Positions 53,760 through 64,000 of a DNA stretch of 64,000 bases are shown one piece after another (within the stretch, counting starts at the first letter, position 1; every line of letters starts with the position of its first letter). This stretch comes from Hemiscyllium ocellatum. Lineage: Eukaryota. The stretch lies in contig NC_083428.1 of the NCBI RefSeq assembly GCF_020745735.1, positions 24,428,001 through 24,492,000 of the forward strand, written 5' to 3'. Position numbers and translations under genes: made by a program. The notes below the pieces were generated by a model, which did no database searches, had not been told where the DNA came from, and worked only from the letters and a program-made list of their open reading frames with translations.

Positions 53760-54960
53760 CAAATCCACAGATGCAAATGCAGTCTAACCATATGAGATTA
53801 ACAAAATGGCTAAATGCATTGACCACAGCAAAAACTATGGGCCTGGCAATATTGCAGCTTTAGCACTGACAACCTGTGCTCCAATACTAGCCACACCTAT
53901 AGCCACACTGTTTCAGTACAGCTAAAGCACTTAGTATGTGACAATGTTGAATATTTATGTCCTGACAAGAAAATAAAGCAAGACAAAGCCAATCTGGTTG
54001 ATGTTGTTGCTTCATCAGTTTATCCTCAGAAAAGTGATCGAATGTATTACCAAGACTCAGCTTGGATTTCACCAAATACCCTCTCCTTCAGATACCATTT
54101 CAGCTTTGATCTAAACATGGACAAAAGAGCTGAATTCCAGAAGTGAGCTAAGAGTAACTGCCTTGTAATTAAAGCAGTATTTTACTGAGAATGGCATCAG
54201 GAAGTCCCAGCAAAATTGAAATCAATGGTAATACACCCTCACTGGCATCATACCTAGTACAAACGAAGATGGTCATGGTTGTTGGAGGCCATTCATCACA
54301 GCTGCAGCCCTGGCAGCAGGAATTCCACATGGTAGATATTTTCCTAAACAACCTATTCAAAGCTGATATTACAGAAGTAGGGCTGGGACTTGAATCCATC
54401 TCTCCTAGACCAGAGGCAGGGACAGTACATTATGCCTTGAGAGCCCTAGCTCTTCAGGATAGTATCCCAGACCAAACCATCTTCAACTGCTTCTTCAATT
54501 ATCTTCCATACATCATAAGCTCAGCTATAAGAATGCTTGCTAATGCCAGGCTGGTACACTCCAGAGCATTCACTCTCATTAGTCCACTCCAGTAAAGTTG
54601 AACTACACAGTGTCTAGGACATTCACAACTTCTCAAACACATCAGCAGTGTGTACCTTTCTACAGAAACATTGGAAAATGTTCAGGCACAGACCAATGTG
54701 TGGCAAGTAATATTCCCTCCAAAATGGTTCCCATCAATGAAATTCTCCAGCAAGAGAGAATCTAAGCATCTCTCTTTTTTGTTCAATGGCATAAACATGG
54801 CTGAATTCCCCACTATCAACACCCTGGGTGATCAATATTCATCAGAATTTTAGATGGAACAGTCATTTAAATGTTATGGTTACATGAGCAGGTTGGAGAA
54901 TTCTGTGGAATTCTAACACATTTCTTGACCCCACAAAAATCTGCCTCTGTTCTCCAAAAT
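53760..54960 (+). mobile_element. Highly degenerate non-LTR retrotransposon RT remnant (clade uncertain)
   Basis: Decayed remnants such as DSIPDQTIFNCFFNYLP and ENVQAQTNVWQVIF. Confidence 0.55.
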
Positions 54961-57417
54961 CATGGTGTAAATGTCACTGGTTCTAGTTATCTAGAGATTA
55001 TTACCATCAGTATTCTGGGGATAAGGGTTTGAATCCCACCTGTCAAATAAATTTTAAAAAGCTCTCAAATGAGGAGCTAATCTAATGGTGACCAGATAAC
55101 TACTGTTGGTTTTTGTTAAAGAAAATCTGCCATGTACTGCCTAAAGGTGTTAAAGCAACTTCCGACAAATTGGACTGTGATCACTTGTGACTACAAAGAT
55201 AACCAAGGCCTGCTTAATAACAACCTACTCTCTGCAGATTACATCTCAAACTGCAAACACATACTTTTGAAGCAGATAGGGCTAACGAGCTAGTTTCAAT
55301 TTTATTGGAGTGGACTGATGAGAGAGAATACTTTGCAGTGCACTAACCTGGGTATGTGTTAGTGTGCTGTGATACTCGTGGTCAAAGAATATTCCCCCAT
55401 TTATCCCTGTGTTACAGGTAAAAACTCTTCTGTAATGCCGAGTGCTGCATAATAGTTAAAAAAGAAATAGCATAACACCCTGAAAGCTGGAATTAAACCA
55501 TGGACCCAAAGGTATCAGAAGTTAATTCAGTTTACAAAGCCAGGAATCTCAAACAGTGTCTGTTCAACTGTCAACTTCAACACTACCATTAACCATCCCT
55601 CATAAAGGTTGCAACATTCAACTATCTGTTCTATCCAAACAATTCAGAGACTGATTCATATATATTTTAAAAGCCTTTTATCTTTTTGGATTTACCTGTT
55701 ACTTCTAATCTGTGTGTATATTAGCATTACCATTTTTTTCTCATGTTTAGTCATTTAAAAAACTCACTTGCTTTGTTAAATCAAGAAAGCCTGATTAAAC
55801 TGGCTAAAACATAAATTCTTTTGGGTCTGGGTGCAAAACATATAGAAGGCAAAGAAGTCTTTCTCAAGTAATTTTGTTGCAACCATTTGAGGGGGTAGAT
55901 GAATAAAAAAGGACAGCCTCCCTCCCCTGGGAGCTGAGCAGGTGGGCTATCCTTTTTATTGCTGTAAGAAACTGGGAAACCTCTAGTCATTACAAAATCT
56001 GCAGTTAAATAGCTGAAATAAACAGAGAATGCTGAAAGGTACAACAAGACTGCAGTCACCTGAAAAGAGAAAGAAAGTAGTTATCCTTTTGGGTGTAAAC
56101 CCTCTATCCGAGCTTGAAAGCATCATATGTCCTTTTTTCTTTCAAATCTGTTGTGCATTTCTCGTATTTTCAATTTTCATTTCAGATTTCCAAAATCTGT
56201 AGATATTTTCTTTCATCTTGAAACTCACACATAATCTCGCACATATAGTTTGTCCTTACCTGCTTGAATTAGATCTGCACAGCTTGTATCATGTTACTTA
56301 ACCAGGCAACATATACACTGTATGATTTGAAGTATATAATACACTAAAATGATATTCAACACAAGCTAAAACTATACGATCTCAAGTAGGAGTCGGATAT
56401 AGCACTTTGGGTTAAAAGGATCAAAAGATATGGGGGGGCAAGCAGGAACAGGATATTGAGTAGGATGATCAACCATAGTCATAATAAATGATGGAGCAGA
56501 CCTGAAGGGCTGAATGATTTACTCCTGCTCCTATTTTCTATGTATTGCCCAGATCCTTCATGAAGTGTTAATTGTTGTCTGATTGCCAAGCTTTCGTCTG
56601 CCTGACTGTTGCTTTGTTGGGTCCTTTGAGCCCAGTATGATGTCCCTTGAAGAACTTTATTGTAGCACAGTAGTGTCTGGAGGAAGGCAAGACAGCCATC
56701 CCCTCTCTTACAGCACTAGCTGCTATTGTGCAACTTGAAAGATCCAAACTGAATGTTAAAGAATAGTAATTGGATGAATGAGTGAATCGGTAAGATGGTG
56801 GTACAGGGAGGTGGGTAAGTTAAGTGGGCACGGTTTTAAATGGGTAAGGTGATGGGCAAGTAAGGTGACAATTGGGTGAAGTGGGTAGTTGGGTCATCAT
56901 ATTGGGGCTAAAGGTTTGGTTGAGGGGAAAAGTTAAACAGAAAGCCTGGGGGTAATGTCAACAAGGGAGAAGTCAGTTTGGAACAGGGAGCTAAGAGGTA
57001 GGCAGTGATGTGTAGTTGAGGGGGTTTAGTCAGGGGATATACTCAAAGGTCAGGGAGGGTATAGTCATGGAGTCAAAGGGAAAATCAGGGGGTCAGTGTA
57101 AGTGTTTTGGGGTCAGCTGTGTATTACTCAGGACTTAGACCAGGACTTTTGTGTCTAACACTAGCTGGTAACTATTCAGGTAAGAACTGTCCTAAGTCTC
57201 TGAGTCAGGAATGGAAACTTCTGGGACAGTTCCCATGGAGGCCAATGCATCAGAATTTCTATGGCATCCCCAGACATATCTAGAGTCATGTGCCCAAGAT
57301 TTAAGCTTTTGAGTGCAACAAGACAGAAAATGTAAAATTGAACATTCGTTTGTCAGGATATTTCTTACTTTATAAACAAGTATCTTAAACTATTTCTAAC
57401 TTCTTCTTCTTTCAAAG

Positions 57418-57538
57418 GCGCACCAAAAGCAACCTCCAGCGGAGGCTGGGAGCCTTGGCTAATTGGACTCACTGCTGTCACTGTGTTCATTTTCATCGTC
57501 TTTGTCCTGTTGATAATGAACAGGACTTTTTGTACAAA
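57418..57538 (+). CDS. SMIM24: SMIM24 exon 2 (transmembrane segment)
   Basis: TTCAAAG|(G)APKATSSGGWEPWLIGLTAVTVFIFIVFVLLIMNRTFCT AA|GTAAGT; PWL-GL--V--F-FIV---L--NR--C family motif. Confidence 0.9.
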
Positions 57539-58404
57539 GTAAGTCAGTGGTGCTATACCAAATATTTATGTCTTTTTATCAAATGTCAAAAATCAGTATG
57601 AATTGAAATGGAGATTTAGAGAGAGAAATTTACTGTCACATGTATTCAGTATAAAATATTGTGAAAACTGTGTACTATAACTGTATATGAGTGCCATTTA
57701 CGTTAACTTAGGGTAAAATAAAGAAAATATAACTTAAAAAGAGTCCAAACTTCCTTTGTGCGAAAAAAGGTAGTTCTTTAAAGAGAACAGCTGACAAACT
57801 CTTGCTTCCTCAGTTTTTTGATGATGGAGATATTTTCAAAGCATCCTTTCAGCTATTTGTTTTTAATTTTTACTAAGCGCTTTCTGCAATTTTACACATT
57901 CTGAATGCCCTTTCCTTATCTCAGCGATGTGTCCCATTTTTGTTTTCTCTTTGTTGCTCTATCACAATACATTTGTTGCTTCCTAGCCTACATTTTATTC
58001 TTTCTAAATCTAATTTGACCATCTCTCCATTTAATTTATATACCTGTGTCTCCCTTTTATGTAAAAGGTGCCCCTCAAAATTGAACCTGTGACATTTTGT
58101 ATGACAGAATTCTACCTGTGACTCGTTATAAACAGAAACAATGAACTGTGGTAGGCAAATTGGGCAAATCATGTTTGCAAGAGAAGATAAGAATAATGGC
58201 TATGCTGTACTATTACTAGCACCTTAACCTCAATATATAAGAAGGTCACTGTGACAAAGAGAATCCAACCCACAACAGTTCATTTTTAAAAGCCACGATC
58301 ATGAACTTGCACTGTTCATATCCTGCAGGTTGGGAAGGGTGACCCAAATCTAAGTATTGAATACATGTCCATGACAGTAAAATATTTTCATGGATTCCAA
58401 TATT

Positions 58405-59092
58405 GGTGGCTCAGTGGTTAGCACTGTTGCCTTATGGCAGTGGGGACCCGGGTTTGATTCTATCCTTGGGCAACTGTCTGTGTGGAGTTTGCACATTCTC
58501 CCCGTGTCTGCGTGGGTTTCTTCCCACAGTCTGAAAATGTGCAGGTTAGGTGAATTAGCTGTACAAAATTGTCCATAGTGTTCAGGGATGTGTAGGTTAG
58601 GTGCATTAGACAGAGGTAAGTATCAGTTAGGGGGAATGGGTTACTCTTTGAGGGGGTCAGTGTGGACCTGTTGGGCCAAAGGGCCTGTTTCAACACTGAA
58701 AGATTAATCTTGTAGACGAACATCACTTTTTAAAATTGGGTTGATTAGGTCCGAATGGGCCATCTGCCTGAGATGCAAATGAAGATGTTCAATGTTAATA
58801 CCTAAATGGACCTTCATTTCATAGAATCATAGAATCCCTACAGCGTGAAAGCAGGTCATTTGGCCCATTGAGTCCACACCAACCTTCTGAAGTGCATCGC
58901 ATCTAGACACAGCCCCCACTGTATCCCTGTAATCCTTCATTTCCCATAGATAGCCCATTTACTCTGCACATCTTTGCACTGTAGGAGGAAACCCATGCAG
59001 ACACAGAGAGAATGTGCAAACGCCACACAGACAGTTGCCCAAGTCCTTGGTGCTGTGAGACAGCAGTGCTAACTACTGAGCCATTGTACCAT
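58405..59092. mobile_element. Two HE1-related SINEs in opposite orientation (58405-58700 plus; 58820-59092 minus)
   Basis: SINE heads at both outer ends. Confidence 0.8.
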
Positions 59093-59448
59093 CCATTTAA
59101 TAATAACAGCTTGGTTATAGTCTAGTAGTGGAAAATATGATTATGAAAGCTCGTGGATTTTTGTAAAGATCCTACTGGATCAACAAGTCCTTCAGGAAAT
59201 AAATCTGCCCAGACCTCTTCTGACAAAAATGTGACTCCAATATCACAATGTTCCTTCATGCCTCCTGAAGAGTCCTGGTAAGTAAATCCATTGGGGAAAG
59301 AATTACATGGCGAATGCATCTTGGAGGCAAGCTGCTAATGCTGCTATATCCTAAGAGCAAGATCTATGATACAGTCCTTAACAATGTATCCTAGACACTG
59401 GTAGAAGGACTGCTATGCTAGTATTGATCCAAGTGTTACTTTTTGTAG

Positions 59449-59496
59449 GAATAAGAATCAAGGGGACTCTGACAATAACCATTCTGGCGGTGATGA
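59449..59496 (+). CDS. SMIM24: SMIM24 tail microexon A (48 nt, phase 2-2)
   Basis: TTTTGTAG|G AAT AAG AAT CAA GGG GAC TCT GAC AAT AAC CAT TCT GGC GGT GAT GA|GTAAGT; in frame with exon 2. Confidence 0.75.
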
Positions 59497-60685
59497 GTAA
59501 GTATTTCGTTGTCATATAAACACTCATTTCTTTTAACAAATTGTTATTTTGAGTGAACAATAATGATTTATTCAATTTCTACTATTTCTTGTAAAATCAC
59601 AACAAAAATATAAATAAACTAATGTTTTAGTTAAGCTATTGATGTTTTATTGTGTTAAAGAGACTTCTATATGCAATGCTAGACCAGTCAGAAATGCAAT
59701 GTTTATACTCAGTATCATTCAAATGTGCTCTCACTCAAGATTTGCTCTCAAAGCCACGTTCCCCTTACTGAAGCTCACTAGATGTTGGCACAGGGTGGCA
59801 GAAGCTAATTAGTCACCCAAAGTTCAGGGCCCATCTCCATTCTCCACAACCATGCTGGAAATTAATAATAGTTTTTCCTGTAGTTTGGCAAATAATTGTC
59901 AAGGACTTGACTTTGGGCAGGATGTCAAGGGAAAGACATACAAACTAACCAACCATTTCTAGAAGGGATAGATAGCTCAAAAACTCCTGAAAACATATGA
60001 GATTGATCCTCAATAAATGATAGCCCCCAAACAGCAGGTCAATGATGATTAAATTGCTATCCACATCTATGGGGACAGGCTAATTTGAAGTGCATGAACG
60101 AAACTGATTGAAGAAAGGATGCTGGTGAAGGACTGACAATGATGAGATAATTCTGCAGTAACTCAGCTACCAGTGAAACTGATGATTAATCATCATAATC
60201 TGGATGGGTTAGGAGTCTTTATTGAGTACTGTAGGAATAACAAAAATCAGCTCAAAGTCTGCAAGTGAGCAGGCTAGGTATTGTTAGTAAGTGTGCCTAG
60301 ATGTAGCAAGACAGTGGAATGACGAGTTTTGTCATTTATCCTCCCCTAGAATTGTTACAAAATGGGACATAGTCTCAGTGTGGAATGGAGTCCTTCCCCC
60401 TTCGATTCCCATAGTTAGCAATTCATACAATATAGGCCTTGATCTTGATTGAAATTTGGGATTAAAATGTTCAATAGGAAGTTTAGTCTAATATCTGTTT
60501 CATTGTTTTTAGCTATTACCCAGGTAAATTGTATTAAATATTGGATGTAGCTTGTGAATGCTGCCATATCCTGAGATTAAAAAAAATCAATGGGTGTAAG
60601 ATCTGCAGTAAAATACTTAATTATGCATTTAAACAGCATTGGAAGGACTATTGTGTTGTATTGACCCAAGTGTTATTTTTTATAG

Positions 60686-60724
60686 GCGTGTGAAACAGGA
60701 CATTGAACTATTGCCTGAGGATAG
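60686..60724 (+). CDS. SMIM24: SMIM24 tail microexon B (39 nt, phase 2-2)
   Basis: TTTTATAG|G CGT GTG AAA CAG GAC ATT GAA CTA TTG CCT GAG GAT AG|GTAGGT at the homologous position in unit 2. Confidence 0.68.
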
Positions 60725-61209
60725 GTAGGTGTTTCTTTGTCATACAAGCATAGATGTCTTTTCACAAATTGTTGCTATTTTGAGTGAACAATAATAATGT
60801 ACGTAATTTCTAATACTCCTTAAAAATCACAGCAAAATATAAGTAAACTAAAGTTTCAGTTGAGTAAATGTTATTTTATTGTATCAAAGAGACTTCTGAA
60901 TGCAGTGCTGGACCAGTCAGAAATGCAATGATTGCACTCAATATCTTTCAAATGTACTCTCACTCAAGAGGTGGTGACATTTAATTTGCTCTTAATGCCA
61001 CGTTCCCCTTACTGAAGCTCACTGGATGTTGGCACAGGATGGCAGGAGCTCATTAGTCACCCAAATTTAAGGGCTCACCTTCATTCACCCATCCATACTA
61101 AAAAATAATAACATCTTTTCTGTAATCTGGAAAATCATTATCAATGATTTGAATTTGTGTGGAAACTCAAAGGGAGGATATCCAAAAAAACTCAAGATTA
61201 ACCAGCCAT

Positions 61210-61686
61210 TAATGATGATTGATCATTTGTTTTTACTGGTAGCTGAGTTGTAACAGAAGTAACCCATCATTGTCGGCCCTTCTTCAACATCCTTTCTTCC
61301 ATCAGGTTGGTTCACAAACTTCATATCAGCCTGTCCCCAGAACCTTCTCAATTGCGAGCACATTTGACCTGCTGCTTGGGCTATCACACATTGAGGACCA
61401 ATTTCACATGTCCTATGCTTTCTAGAGATTTTGAGCCATCAATCTATGAAGGATTGATGGCTCAAAATCTCTAGAAAGCATAGGACATGTGAAATTGGTC
61501 CTCAATGTGTGATAGCCCAAGCAGCAGGTCAAATGTGCTCACAATTGAGAAGGTTCTGGGGACAGGCTGATATGAAGTTTGTGAACCAACCTGATGGAAG
61601 AAAGAATGTTGAAGAAGGGCCGACAATGATGGGTTACTTCTGTTACAACTCAGCTACCAGTAAAAACAAATGATCAATCATCATTA
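61210..61686. repeat. Near-perfect long inverted repeat, 235-bp arms, 7-nt spacer
   Basis: 61210-61444 is the reverse complement of 61452-61686; two mismatches seen; spacer TATGAAG. Confidence 0.95.
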
Positions 61687-62167
61687 TCTGGCTGGGTTAG
61701 GAGCCTTTATTGAGTACTGTAATCACCAGCTCTCAGTCTGTAAGTGAGCAGGTGATGTAATGTTAGTACGTGTGCCTAGATGTAGTGAGAAAGCTGAGTG
61801 ACAAGTTTTGCCATTTATCATCCCCTAGAATTGCTGCAAAATGGGACAAAGTCTCAGTGCGGAATGGAGTCCTTCCCCCTTCGATTCTCATAGTTAGCAA
61901 TTCATACAACATAGGCCTCGATCTTGATCAAAACTTGGGATTAAAGTGTTCGATAGGAAGTTTAGTCTAATATCTGCTTCATTGTTTTTAGCTATTCTCC
62001 AGGTAAATTGTATTTAATATCGGAAGTAGGCTTGTTAATGCTGCCATATCCTGACAGCAAAAGAAATTTAATAGTCACAAGATATGTGGTACAGTCCTTA
62101 ACAAAGTATCCTAGACACTGAAGATGGACTGTTATGTTAGTTATAAACCAAGTGTTACTTTTTATAG

Positions 62168-62215
62168 GAATAAGAATCAAAAAGACTCTGACAGCAACCA
62201 TTCTGGTGATGATGG
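62168..62215 (+). CDS. SMIM24: SMIM24 tail microexon A' (48 nt, phase 2-2)
   Basis: TTTTATAG|G AAT AAG AAT CAA AAA GAC TCT GAC AGC AAC CAT TCT GGT GAT GAT GG|GTAAAT. Confidence 0.68.
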
Positions 62216-63439
62216 GTAAATGTTTCACTGTCATATAAGCATTAATGTCTTTTTACAAATTGTTGTTATTTTGAGTGAACAATAAAGATTTTTTCAATTT
62301 CTACTATTTCTTCCAAAATCACAGCAAAAATGTAAGTTAACTAAAGTTTTAGTTGAGTTAATGTTGTTTTTTTGTATGACGAATACTGCTTCATGCAATG
62401 CTAAACCAGTCAGAAATGCAATGATTGCACTCAATCCCACTCAAATGTGGTCTCACACAAGAGGTGGTGACATTTAATTTGCTCTTAAGGCCATGTTCCC
62501 CTTACTGAAGCTCACTGGATGTTGGCGCAGGATGGCAGAAGCTAATTAGTCACCCAAAATTCAGGGACTGCCTCTATTCCCCACACCATGATGGTAATTA
62601 ATATTTTCTTTTCTGTAGTTTGGCAAATAATTGTCAAGGACTTGACTTTGGGCAGGATGTCAAGGAGAGGACATACAAAAAAAACTGAAGACTAACCAAC
62701 CATTTCTAGAAGGAATAGATAGCTCAAAAACTCAAAATATGACATATGAGATTGACCCTCAATATGTGATAGACCAAGCAGCAGGCCAGCAGTGCTCCCA
62801 ACTGGAATGATTCAATTCCTATCCACATCTATGGGGACTGGCTGATTTAAAGGTACGAACCAAACTGATGGAAGAAAGGATGTTGAAGAAGGGTCAACAA
62901 TGATGAGGTATTTCTGCAGTAACTCAGCTACCAGTGAAACCAATGTTTGATCATCATAATCTGGATGGGGTAGGAGCCTTTATTTAGTACTGTCAGACTA
63001 ACAAACATCAGTTTGCAGTCTGTAAGCAAGCAGGCTAGGCTATATTACTAAGTCTGCCTAGATGTAGTGAGAGAATTGAGTGACGAGTTTTGTCATTTAT
63101 CCTTCCCTAGAATTGCTGCAAAATGGGATGAAATCTCTTTGTGGAATGGAGTCCTTCCCACTTCTATTCCCATAGTTAGCAATTCATATAACATAGGCCT
63201 TGATCTTGATTGAAATTTGGGATCAAAGTGTTCAATTGGAAGTTTAGTCTGATATCAGTTCATTGTTTTTAGCTGTTTTCCATATATATTGCATCAATAT
63301 TTCTTTTTTTGGAATTACAAAATAGTAGAAGTAGTAATAAGATAGAAATTACTGAACAGTTTGTGTGTACTGAAAGTGAAGCTAATTCTTTTCAGCAAAT
63401 ACTCTGATCTCAGTGACGAAAACACTGAACTAAACCTGC

Positions 63440-64000
63440 TAATGCATCCACACCAGTACCTGTCTACATTCATGGGACACCACCAGCTGCAGGTTCTCCT
63501 CCAAGTCACACCAACAGCCACGTGACATTATATTGCTCTTCTTCACTGTCACTGGATCAAAGTCCTTTAGCTCCCTGCTCAACAACATCATGGGTGGACC
63601 TACACCATGACAGCTGCAGCAATTCACCTTCTCAAGGACAATTAGGCTGGCAATTATGAATCTGAGATTCAAAGTGACCTTTGGTCCTAAAGTGTCTGTG
63701 ACAACCTCCTTAATATCTTCTATTGCCTGCTGCAGCATTACACTGAATAAGATGGTGAATTAGTTATGGGTGAGCCCACATTCCTGCTTCATATTGAAGG
63801 TTTGGAAGGGATTCCAGAGGCTGACCTTGTGCTTGATTTGTCTGTACTAATTTTTGTGAAACTATTTCAGTGTGGCAGGATGTAGGTGGGCAATCAAGTT
63901 TATTCAGGATTTTCCAAAGTCCGTTTATGCTCACAGTTTTGAATGCCTTGGTGTGGGCTGAGAAAGAGAGGTAAAACCCTTTTCTTGTATCTTTACATAC
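63440..64000. mobile_element. Degenerate non-LTR retrotransposon fragments following the third cassette
   Basis: Similarity to the cassettes ends ~63300; downstream sequence looks like decayed LINE and Deu-SINE-associated sequence. Confidence 0.45.

Larger units (their letters stand above)
59330..63300 (+). repeat. Three tandem ~1.2-1.5 kb duplicated intron-exon cassettes
   Basis: Shared blocks in all three units, e.g. CCAGTCAGAAATGCAATG, GTTCCCCTTACTGAAGCTCACT, GGAATGGAGTCCTTCCC; units ~59330-60550, ~60550-62030, ~62030-63300. Confidence 0.93.

Noticed and set aside
56780-57120. G-rich, strand-skewed stretch (possible G-quadruplex)
   Set aside because: Irregular G-runs, probably an old low-complexity repeat interior; no specific structure supportable
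62850-62907. Second exon-like segment in each cassette (GTNQTDGRKDVEEGSTMM followed by GT)
   Set aside because: No pyrimidine tract; it gives an early stop in the required phase and splice sites are not conserved among units
59330-63300. CRISPR-like or mobile-element interpretation of the tandem array
   Set aside because: Eukaryotic kilobase-scale diverged units with no repeat-spacer structure, TIRs or TE coding motifs

Overview
AT-rich vertebrate genomic DNA, almost certainly from an elasmobranch (many HE1-type tRNA-derived SINEs, Deu-type SINEs, CR1 LINEs and Penelope-like elements). Reading the exons by eye gives the gene block that is syntenic in human 19p13.3: FZR1 (minus strand, 5' exons only), DOHH (complete, 4 coding exons, 307 aa), SMIM44 (complete, 2 exons, 130 aa) and SMIM24 (5' part). 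Two things go beyond that block. (1) An intact, spliced 425-aa Harbinger/HARBI1-like transposase gene lies between FZR1 and DOHH. It shares a CpG-island promoter with FZR1, two of its three presumed catalytic DDE residues are altered, and exon-like remnants converge on it from the minus strand. This looks like a domesticated transposase. (2) The SMIM24 cytoplasmic tail is built from a tandem array of ~1.2-1.5 kb intron+microexon cassettes (48, 39 and 48 nt exons, all phase 2-2). The array contains a near-perfect 235-bp-arm fold-back hairpin. All calls come from manual reading and recalled family motifs; no database search was run, and repeat boundaries are approximate.
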